NCBI GenBank assembly: GCA_024278765.1
Contig: JAJRSM010000048.1
Span: 2,266 to 66,265, forward strand
Reading direction: 5' to 3'
Length of the DNA: 64,000 bases
DNA from: Deltaproteobacteria bacterium
Lineage (GTDB): Bacteria; Desulfobacterota; GWC2-55-46; DRQE01
Shown here: in pieces, positions 21,378 to 30,510 of the stretch
Layout of the letters: every line of letters starts with the position of its first letter
How positions within the stretch are numbered: position 1 is the stretch's first letter
Program-made: the position numbers and the translations under genes
Notes under the pieces: generated by a model
What the model was told of the DNA's origin: nothing
What the model saw: the letters and a program-made list of their open reading frames with translations, nothing else
Database searches by the model: none

Positions 21378-24143
21378 TCACATCAGCTCTATCTCAATCA
21401 AATTATCATTTCTGGGAATATAACTTCTCTCAATTGCAAACTCAACCAGCTTCTCCTGAATCTCACGATAATCAGAGTCCAGATTGCCCACTGCCATCAT
21501 CATTTGCAGGGCCTCGGCCTGCTCCCCTGCCTGATTATATGCAAGTGCCAACTCATACATAGCCCCGATCCTATCCTGATCACTCATCCCCTTTACAGCA
21601 AGTGCCTTTATATAAAAACCAACAGCATCAATGTACTTACCTATAGCTACAGCGCATTGGCCGAGTCTGGCATAAGAATTAAACTCAAAGGCAGCCTCTT
21701 TGGCAGAAAGCTTAAACTCTCTGATGGCATCGTCAAAGAGCTCCATCTCCATATAGGCTATTCCCAGATTAAAATGCGTCTCTACGTCTTCGCGGCTGAG
21801 TTGCTCACCCATCCCGGCCTTAAACTCCTCGACCATACCGCTTGACTCTTCGCTATCAGACCAACTATCGACCAATTGACCCAGAGCCTCTTCAATACCA
21901 AGCTCCTTGGTAAGATCGATAAAACCTTCGGACTCATCTTTTACATCGACACTCTTATCTTCCGATATAATCGCGCCGTCTTCATCACCGGATAACGCAA
22001 GTTCTTCTTCAGTAAAAATCTGCTCAACATGACCTGAGTCCTCCACACCTTCTTCTTCCGCCTCGTCGGAGTCCTCTGAGCCGACCGTAATAACCTCGGC
22101 CGCATCATCCTTAAATAACTCTTCCAGATCATACCCCCCCCCTTCAAGCAAGGCATCAATACCAGCCTCCTTCAAGGCCTCTTCAGGCTCTAAGGCCTCT
22201 TCAAGCTCTAAATCTATTGACACGGTCTCTAGATCTTCTGAAGGTGCATCAGAGTCTAGGTCATCTTCTTTCATAAAATCTTCTGAGATCTCAACCAAAT
22301 CTTCTTCCGTAGAGTCTAAGGCAGATTCATCCTCCTCAGAAACCTGATCATCAGGCTCTATAACCTGCTCTGGTGGCTCTACTGCCTCTTCAAGCTCCAA
22401 GGCCTCTTCAAGGTCTACAGCCAACTCCTCGGGCTCTAGCACCTCTTCAATCTCTAAACTATCAGCGTCATCCACAATCTCAAGCTCTTCTAGCTCTTCC
22501 ATCTCTGGCGACTCGTCTATATCTTCTAGTTCAATCTTCTGATCTTCTTCTAGTACTTCAGCTACATCTTCTTCAAACTCTGTAACCTCAGGCAGTTCGA
22601 TATCCCCATTCGAGATCTCAGCCCCTAACTGCTCCGCCTCAACCACCCCGGATGCCTCTTCAGACCCTACAGTCTCTTCCCCTACCTCGTCTTTAGGGCA
22701 GTCTATATCTAACTCAACGGACTCTTCTTGCTCATCAAGATCAAAATCTTCTTTAATCTCTACTTCTACCCGATCCTCTCCAGGCTCTATCGTCTTTTCC
22801 TCTGCCTCATCTTCCTTCTCATCAGGATCTAACTCGACAGACTTGCCCTCCAAGTCACTATCAAAATCAATATCTTCCTCAAGCTCTACTTCTGCCTCTT
22901 GTGACTCCAAGGCCGCTACGACCTCTTCAGACTCTGTAGCACCTTTACCCTCTTGCGTCTCTTCAGGAAGCTCATCCTCAAAATCGACCTCAAAGAACTC
23001 GTCTTCGCCATCGGCGTAATCAGAGTCAATCTCGTCTAGGTCAATATCAAAATAAAAATCTTCTTCAACCTCGGCTTCAGCCTCTTCAGGCTCTAAGGCC
23101 GCTTCAGGCTCTAAGGCCGCTTCAGGCTCTAAGGCCACTTCAGACTCTAAGGCCACTTCAGACTCTAAGGCCACTTCAGACTCTAAGGCCACTTCAGACT
23201 CTAAGGCCACTTCAGACTCTAAGGCTTCTTCTGCGGGTTCTTCATCCAGCGTCAGCTTAGAGACCACACTCTTTTCAAGGATCTCATCGATGGTAGCCTC
23301 TTCCACCTCGGCTTCTTCTTGTAAACCGCCAAGCTCGCTCTCAAACGCATCGCACAGGCCATCTATCATGGCTCTGGCCTTTTCATTGTCAGGAGCAGCC
23401 TCTAAAATAGCATGGCAAAGTGCCTCTAATTTATCCAGCTCACCAGCTTCTTTAAAAGCATCTATAAGCTCGCCGCCATAACTGGTAAATTTAGAGACGT
23501 CTTCTCTTTCTTTATTTATACCAACAAGCCCTTCCAGCACCCTCACGTCCTTTGGGTACTCGGCATAAAGATCATTTAAAATATTCTCGGCCTTCTCAAT
23601 CTTACCCTTAGCAAGGAACTTCTGAAAGATCCAGCAATAGAGATCCAGAGCGTCATCGCCGTAACCAAACTTCTTCTGCATATCAGCGAGCCTGATCTTT
23701 AACCCGGCATTCTCTGAGTCAATTTCGACCATCTTCTGCAAGAGCTCAAAGGCCTCGTTAGAGCGGCCCTTCTTTTCGTATGTATTGAGGATATAGCTGT
23801 ATTCACCGATGGCATCGGCAATAAGACGTTGCTTTGTGTAAAGATCGGCTAGTTTATTATGGATTTCCAGGTTGGTCTCGTCAAGCTTTAGTACCTGCTT
23901 GTAGACCGCGATGGCCTTTAGGTAAAAGCCCTTGCCGGTATTATACTTGGCAATACTGGTGTATTCCTTTATTGCCTCTTCCTTAAGACCTGTCTTAACA
24001 TATAACTCCCCAAGCCTGAGACGCAAAGAGATATCCGAAGGATCTAGTAAGACAATAGACTTATACTCGGCAATGGCCTTATCAAAGTACCCTTTAAGTA
24101 CAAACTTCTGGGCCTTCTCTATCTGTTTTTCCTTCTTTGCCAT
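21378..24143 (-). CDS. TPR-repeat protein with a roughly 450-aa hyper-acidic low-complexity core (ESEVAL and EPEAAL hexapeptide repeats)
   Basis: 921 aa. TPR-like helical repeats at both ends (YFDKAIAEYKSIVLLDP..., FNLGIAYMEMELFDDAIREFK...). The centre is dominated by E/D with perfect hexapeptide repeats. No transmembrane helix or signal peptide is visible. Confidence 0.8.
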   Translation of the reverse strand: MAKKEKQIEKAQKFVLKGYFDKAIAEYKSIVLLDPSDISLRLRLGELYVKTGLKEEAIKEYTSIAKYNTGKGFYLKAIAVYKQVLKLDETNLEIHNKLADLYTKQRLIADAIGEYSYILNTYEKKGRSNEAFELLQKMVEIDSENAGLKIRLADMQKKFGYGDDALDLYCWIFQKFLAKGKIEKAENILNDLYAEYPKDVRVLEGLVGINKEREDVSKFTSYGGELIDAFKEAGELDKLEALCHAILEAAPDNEKARAMIDGLCDAFESELGGLQEEAEVEEATIDEILEKSVVSKLTLDEEPAEEALESEVALESEVALESEVALESEVALESEVALEPEAALEPEAALEPEEAEAEVEEDFYFDIDLDEIDSDYADGEDEFFEVDFEDELPEETQEGKGATESEEVVAALESQEAEVELEEDIDFDSDLEGKSVELDPDEKEDEAEEKTIEPGEDRVEVEIKEDFDLDEQEESVELDIDCPKDEVGEETVGSEEASGVVEAEQLGAEISNGDIELPEVTEFEEDVAEVLEEDQKIELEDIDESPEMEELEELEIVDDADSLEIEEVLEPEELAVDLEEALELEEAVEPPEQVIEPDDQVSEEDESALDSTEEDLVEISEDFMKEDDLDSDAPSEDLETVSIDLELEEALEPEEALKEAGIDALLEGGGYDLEELFKDDAAEVITVGSEDSDEAEEEGVEDSGHVEQIFTEEELALSGDEDGAIISEDKSVDVKDESEGFIDLTKELGIEEALGQLVDSWSDSEESSGMVEEFKAGMGEQLSREDVETHFNLGIAYMEMELFDDAIREFKLSAKEAAFEFNSYARLGQCAVAIGKYIDAVGFYIKALAVKGMSDQDRIGAMYELALAYNQAGEQAEALQMMMAVGNLDSDYREIQEKLVEFAIERSYIPRNDNLIEIELM
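23080..23222. repeat. In-frame 18-bp tandem repeat, about 7.5 copies, inside the TPR/acidic gene
   Basis: ggccgcttcaggctctaa appears twice and ggccacttcagactctaa five times, plus partial copies. These encode (EPEAAL)2(ESEVAL)5 on the minus strand. Confidence 0.95.
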
Positions 24144-24146
24144 AAG

Positions 24147-24989
24147 CTAGATAGCACTCACACGACCAAGGCGGCTCGAAGCATCGATCTCGTCTTCGGC
24201 CAACTCTTCCGTGCCCGAGGTATTCCAGGCACTAGTTAAATAACGAGTTCTCTCCAAAGCCCCTATCAATGCCTCTTCCCGGTCGCAGGGCTCAGACTCT
24301 TCCAATTTCACACCCAGTCCAGCTGCGACCTTCTGAGACAGCACCTCTTTTAAATCTTCAATGCTGCTGCCCGTAAACTCCGAGACCCAGGACATACGCT
24401 CTGATGCCCCCTGGCCAAAGACACCGTCGGTCATTGCCTTATCCATACCGAATAAGATCGAACCGTGCTGTAGCAGAGCCCCCTTAAAACGCCTCTGTGA
24501 ACTACCGACGATCTTTCTACCACCGGCCATTACCTCAAACCTTGCCGGTGCGTGAAAGCATGAATCCTTCTTTAACTGCCCTCTGCTGCTGCCGACAAGC
24601 GTTAACTCGGCATCTACCCCTACAACCTGCAAAGCATCAACTATACACTGGCTTATTGCGCGGTAAGCCCCGTGAATTCCATACGAGAAAAGCTCGTGGC
24701 TAGAGTCACATACCACCGAATAAGTAAGCTCCGAGTAATGCAGAACACCGCGCCCGCCTGTTATGCGACGTACTACCGGCAGACCAAAATCATCAATCAC
24801 ACCACGGAGCGACTTAATCGACTGATGACGACCAATCGAGACCGCTGGTCTCTGCCACTCATACAGCCTCAGACACGGCTGCCCACGACCCTGCTCTAAC
24901 CCCCGTAAAATGGCCTCATCCTTTGCCATGTTAAATGGTGCTGACCCCTTACCGTCGACTATCAACCTCCAGCGTCCACTCTCTGTCAT
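24147..24989 (-). CDS. Lipoate-protein ligase / octanoyltransferase family protein (BPL/LPL catalytic domain only)
   Basis: RRITGGRGVLH and KIVGSSQRRFKGALLQHGSIL are LplA/LipB-family catalytic motifs. 280 aa with no C-terminal LplA domain. Confidence 0.75.
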   Translation of the reverse strand: MTESGRWRLIVDGKGSAPFNMAKDEAILRGLEQGRGQPCLRLYEWQRPAVSIGRHQSIKSLRGVIDDFGLPVVRRITGGRGVLHYSELTYSVVCDSSHELFSYGIHGAYRAISQCIVDALQVVGVDAELTLVGSSRGQLKKDSCFHAPARFEVMAGGRKIVGSSQRRFKGALLQHGSILFGMDKAMTDGVFGQGASERMSWVSEFTGSSIEDLKEVLSQKVAAGLGVKLEESEPCDREEALIGALERTRYLTSAWNTSGTEELAEDEIDASSRLGRVSAI

Positions 24990-25032
24990 CTCTTAAACCC
25001 CACCTGCCAACAAAAGATCGCAGACCTACTAA

Positions 25033-26367
25033 CTAAGACCACCTTGAAAGAAAATCAATAGTAACATCTCCGGCTATATAGTCATGGTCCTTCATTATCT
25101 TCAGGTGCAGCGGAATATTGGTCTTGATCCCCTCGATATGAAACTCTTCCAGAGCCGAGGTCATCTTCTTGATAGCATCGCGCCGTGTCTCTGCGTAGAC
25201 GATGAGCTTGGCAATCATCGGATCATAATGCGGCGGCACTTTATAATTACAGTATATAGCAGTATCTACCCTTACACCCGGCCCGCCCGGCACATAAAGC
25301 TCGGTAATCTTACCCGGAGACGGCACATAGGTATTCGGGTCCTCTGCGTTTATACGACACTCGATGCTATGGCCTTTAAAACGAACTTCCTTCTGCTTCA
25401 TCAAAACCTTATGCCCTGCCGCAAGCTTTATCTGCTCCTTTAAGATATCAATGCCCGTAACCTCTTCGGTTACCGGATGCTCAACCTGCACCCTCGTATT
25501 CATCTCCATAAAGTAAAACTTCTTATCCTCATCAACAAGATACTCAATCGTACCAACACCGACGTAACCTATAGCCTTACATAGCTTGACCGAGGCATCG
25601 CCCATCTTCTCTCTCAGTTTTGGATCGACAAAGAGCGAAGGTGCTTCTTCCAGTATTTTCTGATGACGCCTCTGGATTGAGCATTCACGCTCGCCAAGAT
25701 GGATGACATTGCCATGTTCATCGGCAAGGATCTGAATCTCAATATGGCGCGGCTTTATACAGTACTTCTCAAGAAAGACCTCGGCATCGCCGAAGATACT
25801 CAACGCCTCACGTCTTGCCAAATGAAAAGAACTCGCAAGCGCAGCCTGAGTATGAACAAGCTTCATTCCCCTGCCGCCCCCGCCACTTGAGGCCTTTATT
25901 ATCAAAGGAAAGCCGATCTTCTTTGAGACCTCCAAGGCCTCTTTCTCGTCTTCAATCGGCTTTTCGCTCCAAGGCAGCACCGGCACACCGGCACGCTCGG
26001 CCTCTTTTTTGGCACTAACTTTATTACCCATCAAACGTATTATCTGGGAGGTCGGTCCGATAAACTTCACACCGCTATTTTCGCAGACCTCTGCAAAAGC
26101 GGCATTCTCAGATAAGAAACCATATCCCGGATGCAGAGCACCGGCATCGGCGATCTCCACCGCACTTATGATGGACGACACATTCAGGTAACTATCAGCA
26201 CTATTTGCGGGCCCTATACACAAAGCACCATCGGCGAGCCGAGTATGCAACGCATCTCTATCTTCTTCAGAGAAGACAGCAACCGTCCGCTCACCTAGCT
26301 CTTTACATGCCCTTATGATCCTTACGGCAATCTCACCCCTGTTGGCTATCAAAATTTTATTAAACAT
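25033..26367 (-). CDS. accC: Acetyl-CoA carboxylase biotin carboxylase subunit
   Basis: MFNKILIANRGEIAVRIIRACKELG... ATP-grasp biotin carboxylase. Adjacent to accB. Confidence 0.96.
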   Translation of the reverse strand: MFNKILIANRGEIAVRIIRACKELGERTVAVFSEEDRDALHTRLADGALCIGPANSADSYLNVSSIISAVEIADAGALHPGYGFLSENAAFAEVCENSGVKFIGPTSQIIRLMGNKVSAKKEAERAGVPVLPWSEKPIEDEKEALEVSKKIGFPLIIKASSGGGGRGMKLVHTQAALASSFHLARREALSIFGDAEVFLEKYCIKPRHIEIQILADEHGNVIHLGERECSIQRRHQKILEEAPSLFVDPKLREKMGDASVKLCKAIGYVGVGTIEYLVDEDKKFYFMEMNTRVQVEHPVTEEVTGIDILKEQIKLAAGHKVLMKQKEVRFKGHSIECRINAEDPNTYVPSPGKITELYVPGGPGVRVDTAIYCNYKVPPHYDPMIAKLIVYAETRRDAIKKMTSALEEFHIEGIKTNIPLHLKIMKDHDYIAGDVTIDFLSRWS

Positions 26368-26424
26368 CTACACCTTTTTGTCTAAATTTTTTTTAAAAAT
26401 ATCCATTCAACAAGTTGCCTAAAA

Positions 26425-26865
26425 TCAGACTTCGACATTAAAGAGCGGCTCGCCGTACTCTACTGGCTGTCCGTTCTCGACCAGTATAGCCACAACCTTC
26501 CCTGTTACATCCGAGTCGATCTCATTCATTATCTTCATCGCCTCGATTATGCAGACGACCTCACCTGATTTAACCTGACTACCCATCTCAACAAAGGACG
26601 GAATATCCGGCGAGGCAGCACCGTAGAAAGTACCAACCATCGGCGAGGTTACTGTCTTTATATTCGACTTGGCCTCGGCCTTACTCTTTTCAGCCTCGGC
26701 ACTCTCACCCAGCACCGTAGCGGGTACAAAACTCACAGCCGCACCGTCCGCGCCAACCACGCCGCGCTTTAGCTTCACCTTACCTCTCTTATCCTCCAGT
26801 TCCAGTTCGACAATGTCCGTGCCCTTTAAAAACCTGTAAAGGGCCTTTATATCTTTCAAATCCAT
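26425..26865 (-). CDS. accB: Biotin carboxyl carrier protein
   Basis: EAMKIMNEI biotinyl-lysine motif in a lipoyl-like domain. 146 aa. Confidence 0.95.
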   Translation of the reverse strand: MDLKDIKALYRFLKGTDIVELELEDKRGKVKLKRGVVGADGAAVSFVPATVLGESAEAEKSKAEAKSNIKTVTSPMVGTFYGAASPDIPSFVEMGSQVKSGEVVCIIEAMKIMNEIDSDVTGKVVAILVENGQPVEYGEPLFNVEV

Positions 26866-26882
26866 AATTCCTCCTATTCTAA

Positions 26883-27962
26883 CTATCTAAGAATTCTAAG
26901 TTCCTGAAGCCCTTCTGCCAGGACCTCACAGCCGCATCCTTTTACAAGGACCATATCCTCTATACGAACCCCACCCCACCCGGGGATATAAATACCTGGC
27001 TCTATCGTTATAACCATGCCTTCTCTCAAAATATCTTTGCTCTTCGGGCCAAGCCCCGGGCCTTCGTGGACATCAAGACCTACGCCGTGCCCCGTGCCGT
27101 GGCCAAAATACTTACCATAACCAGCCTTTTTTATAACCTTCCTTGCTGCCGCATCAACTGCACTTGCCACAACACCAGCACTGACCGCCCCTACCGCACG
27201 GTCATGAGCCTCCTTAACCACACCGTATATATCCCGGTGCCTTTTTGTGGGCTCTCCAACGCAGAAGGTACGGGTCTCATCACTTTTATAACCGCCAAGA
27301 GATACCCCCATATCTATCGTCAAAAAACCTTTCTTAATAGCTCTGTTAGTTGGCATGGCATGCGGCAGTGCCGTTCTCTTGGCAGAGGCCACAATCGTAG
27401 AGAAACTCATTGACTCAGCACCTTCGCTCTTAACCACCATCTCAATACGACTGGCCAGTTCAGCCTCGGTCATCTTTAAAATCTCAGCATTCTCTACGCT
27501 CTCAAAGCCCTTGGTCGCCACCGCAATAGCACGGCGTATCGCCCTGAGCTCACCTTTGTCTTTGACTATTCTGCGTTTTTCAACAAGGCCTGCTACTGGC
27601 TTTAAGCTTACTCCTTTAAAAGCCTTTTTAAGAGCCCTGTAACCGTCGTAACTTACGCCACTACCCTCAAAGCCTAGCTTCTTCACACTAGCCTTTTCTA
27701 TAATCCGACCTAGCTCAAGATTGGCCGTCTTACAGATACGAAGTCTTACGCCACTACTACCCTTAATCTCGGCAGCAGCTTGTAACTTATAGCGCGAATC
27801 CGTTAATAGATAACCACCCCTGCTACCAAGGAAAAACCTTGCGCTACTACCGCTGAAACCAGTCAGATACCTGATATTTGCAAGATCTGTTATAAGCATG
27901 GCATCAATGCCATGCTTATCGAGCTCTTTGCCAAGTTCTCGTGCCCTTACGTTTACTGCCAC
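26883..27962 (-). CDS. pepP: M24 family Xaa-Pro aminopeptidase
   Basis: Creatinase N-terminal domain plus M24 motifs (HGTGHGVGLDVHE, ITIEPGIY, GGVRIED). Confidence 0.88.
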   Translation of the reverse strand: MAVNVRARELGKELDKHGIDAMLITDLANIRYLTGFSGSSARFFLGSRGGYLLTDSRYKLQAAAEIKGSSGVRLRICKTANLELGRIIEKASVKKLGFEGSGVSYDGYRALKKAFKGVSLKPVAGLVEKRRIVKDKGELRAIRRAIAVATKGFESVENAEILKMTEAELASRIEMVVKSEGAESMSFSTIVASAKRTALPHAMPTNRAIKKGFLTIDMGVSLGGYKSDETRTFCVGEPTKRHRDIYGVVKEAHDRAVGAVSAGVVASAVDAAARKVIKKAGYGKYFGHGTGHGVGLDVHEGPGLGPKSKDILREGMVITIEPGIYIPGWGGVRIEDMVLVKGCGCEVLAEGLQELRILR

Positions 27963-27972
27963 CGCGCCCCCC

Positions 27973-28368
27973 TTACTCTGTTATCTGCTTACGAGCCTTC
28001 ATAACAGAGCTCTTCATAACAAAACGGGCCTTACCAACCATCGCCGCATTCTCCAGAAGTAAGGCTATAAAATACTCTGGCGTTACCAGCCGCATAAGAA
28101 CTACGACGTCTTCTAGGTTGACGTCTTCCAGATTAAGGGTAACGTCCCTGAGCTTACCCAGACGCAGCACCTCCGAGGCCTTTACTATCTCACCCAAGAT
28201 CTTACCGTACTCGACTCCAATTGGTTCGATATCATTGCCACCGGTATCTTCACCATCACCGTTTGCAGGGAAGCATGCAAGCGGAATACCATCCATCCCC
28301 ATAAGAGTAGCTGCCACAGCACCTGGGGCAACCGAGACCAAGTCTTTTAATATATCTTCAAAATCCAT
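27973..28368 (-). CDS. Roadblock/LC7 (MglB-like) domain protein
   Basis: 131 aa with the alpha-beta-alpha pattern typical of Roadblock/LC7. No small GTPase gene is adjacent. Assigned by pattern and size only. Confidence 0.5.
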   Translation of the reverse strand: MDFEDILKDLVSVAPGAVAATLMGMDGIPLACFPANGDGEDTGGNDIEPIGVEYGKILGEIVKASEVLRLGKLRDVTLNLEDVNLEDVVVLMRLVTPEYFIALLLENAAMVGKARFVMKSSVMKARKQITE

Positions 28369-28397
28369 AACTATTCAAACCAAATAACAACGGCACT

Positions 28398-28616
28398 CTA
28401 ACGAACACGCCGTGCCTTTCTGGCACCCCTTTTACGCATGGCTAGTACCTTTAAATCACGCACCTTGCTAGAGAGGGCTTCATCCTCAGGGGCTGCTGCT
28501 GCAAGTATTTTATATATAGTAAAGGCATCTTCCATCTGCCCCTGATCTTCCAGAAGACTGGCCATTGTGTGTGTGAAAAATATATCATCCTCAGGTCTTA
28601 CAATCGGCTTGGTCAT
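28398..28616 (-). CDS. Hypothetical 72-aa protein with a basic C-terminal tail
   Basis: GGAG-type ribosome-binding site about 10 nt upstream. Helical sequence ending RKRGARKARRVR. It precedes the Roadblock gene on the same strand. Confidence 0.4.
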   Translation of the reverse strand: MTKPIVRPEDDIFFTHTMASLLEDQGQMEDAFTIYKILAAAAPEDEALSSKVRDLKVLAMRKRGARKARRVR

Positions 28617-28736
28617 TAAAATATTCGCTCCGCTCTAAATAATATTCACTCCAGTTCTAGTGTCCTTAAATACTACCATCAATTACCTGCCCCGACTTGT
28701 AAAACATACCCCCCCCTAACAGAGACCGCCTAGGAC

Positions 28737-29864
28737 CTAGTCTGCCGAAGAGGTCGCTGCCTTGATACAAGCCCTTATCTCCTGCTCACCGACCGTCTTC
28801 AAGACGACCTTACCGGCCTGCTCAAGTAAGATAAAACGTATACAACCATCCTTTACCTTTTTATCCATATGAAGTGCCACGACAAGTTCATCGGCTGACA
28901 TACGCTCTGGCAATTTGGTAGGCAACCCGAAGGCTATAAGTAGTTTTTCAATCCTGCGAGCAAGTGCCTCGTCTGATAACCCCATTGAAGCAGAAAGATC
29001 AGCGGCCATAACCATACCAATAGCCAGTGCCTCGCCGTGCTTGTACTCTTTATATTGGGTCAAGGCCTCTATTGCATGACCAAAGGTATGGCCGAAGTTA
29101 AGGATCGTACGAAGCCCGGCCTCGCGCTCGTCTTCACCTACTATCCCGGCCTTTATCGTGCAGGAACAATCTATGGCCGAGGCTATCGCATCGGGGTTTA
29201 ACAGAAGCATCTGCTCTGCGTTATCCTCAATAAAACTAAAAAAAGAATCGTCCCAGATCACTCCGTGCTTAACTACCTCTGCGAGCCCGGCACGCAGCTC
29301 TCTATCGTCAAGGGTAGAGAGCAAGGTCGGGTCAATATATACGGCACGAGGCTGATAAAAAGCACCTATGAGGTTTTTTCCAAGTTCATGGTTAACCCCT
29401 GTTTTGCCGCCCACAGAGCTATCGACCTGAGCAAGTAAGGTAGTAGGGATCTGAATAAAAGGAACGCCGCGCAGATAGGTAGCAGCGACGTAGCCTGCCA
29501 TATCTCCGATAACGCCGCCGCCAAGGGCAATTATAGGAGAGGTTCTCTCAAACCGCTCAGTTAAAAGCTGATCATATACACGTGATATCTCTTCCAGGTT
29601 CTTGTAGGTCTCACCGTCAGGGATATTAATAACAATAGCACTGATACCAGCACCCTCTAGCGAGGTAATGAGTCGTTCCAGATAAAGCCCACCAACGGTC
29701 GGATTGGTAATGACAGCACACCTGTGCGTACCCAGTCCCAAACCCACAAGACGCTCGCCGACCTTATCCAAGATACCCGGCTCTATTGTTATGACGTAAG
29801 AACGGTCTGCATTTCTCCCGTCCAGATCTACATCAATCTTCCGCTCTGAAACCATATCTGCCAT
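28737..29864 (-). CDS. aroB: 3-dehydroquinate synthase
   Basis: GGGVIGDMAGYVAATYLRG nucleotide-binding region and FGHTFGHAIE metal-binding motif. Confidence 0.95.
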   Translation of the reverse strand: MADMVSERKIDVDLDGRNADRSYVITIEPGILDKVGERLVGLGLGTHRCAVITNPTVGGLYLERLITSLEGAGISAIVINIPDGETYKNLEEISRVYDQLLTERFERTSPIIALGGGVIGDMAGYVAATYLRGVPFIQIPTTLLAQVDSSVGGKTGVNHELGKNLIGAFYQPRAVYIDPTLLSTLDDRELRAGLAEVVKHGVIWDDSFFSFIEDNAEQMLLLNPDAIASAIDCSCTIKAGIVGEDEREAGLRTILNFGHTFGHAIEALTQYKEYKHGEALAIGMVMAADLSASMGLSDEALARRIEKLLIAFGLPTKLPERMSADELVVALHMDKKVKDGCIRFILLEQAGKVVLKTVGEQEIRACIKAATSSAD

Positions 29865-29875
29865 GCCCCTCCTTC

Positions 29876-30379
29876 CTACGCCTTAACTAGTGCCAGAATA
29901 TCTACTACGACCTCGTCGATGCTCTTGCCATCGGTTATGACCGTAAATTCGGCTGTAGCATAAAGACCACGTCGCTCTCCGAGGACTTTCTCCAATGAAC
30001 CTCTTATATCAGTATCGTCTATAAGGGGTCTGGTACTAGTCTGGTCAAGACGCCTGATTATTTCATCGATGCCGGCACTTAGGGTAATAACCGTTCCCCA
30101 TTTGGCAAGCAGCTCTCTATTGGCAGAGCTTATGACTACGCCGCCGCCTGTTGCAAGCACAACGCCGTGCATTGAAGAGGTTATACTTTTAATCAGTTGC
30201 TCTTCTACGGAGCGAAAATAAAGCTCGCCCTCGCAATCAAAGACCTCTGATATCGCTCGCCCCTCTTGCTCTTCAATAAGCTTGTCGGTATCGACAAAAT
30301 CAAGGCCAAGCGCACTAGCCAGCCTCTTACCCACCGAACTCTTGCCAGTACCCATTAAACCGGTCAGAACTATATTCAT
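29876..30379 (-). CDS. aroK: Shikimate kinase
   Basis: MNIVLTGLMGTGKSSVGKRLA is the P-loop. The track ORF extends 14 codons further upstream, to 30421. Confidence 0.93.
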   Translation of the reverse strand: MNIVLTGLMGTGKSSVGKRLASALGLDFVDTDKLIEEQEGRAISEVFDCEGELYFRSVEEQLIKSITSSMHGVVLATGGGVVISSANRELLAKWGTVITLSAGIDEIIRRLDQTSTRPLIDDTDIRGSLEKVLGERRGLYATAEFTVITDGKSIDEVVVDILALVKA

Positions 30380-30510
30380 ATCACTCGTATATAGATTACA
30401 CGTTATAAGGGTTAAGGGCAAGTAGAATGGATAACAAATAAAGCAAAAAAGTTATAAAAACAGACCGAAACACCATTAAAACGCATAAAAAGCCCATAAA
30501 ACCATCAAAC

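Noticed and set aside
27973-28368. An mglA/mglB motility GTPase module
   Set aside because: Only a Roadblock-like ORF is present. Neither flank encodes a Ras-like GTPase; the downstream gene is pepP.
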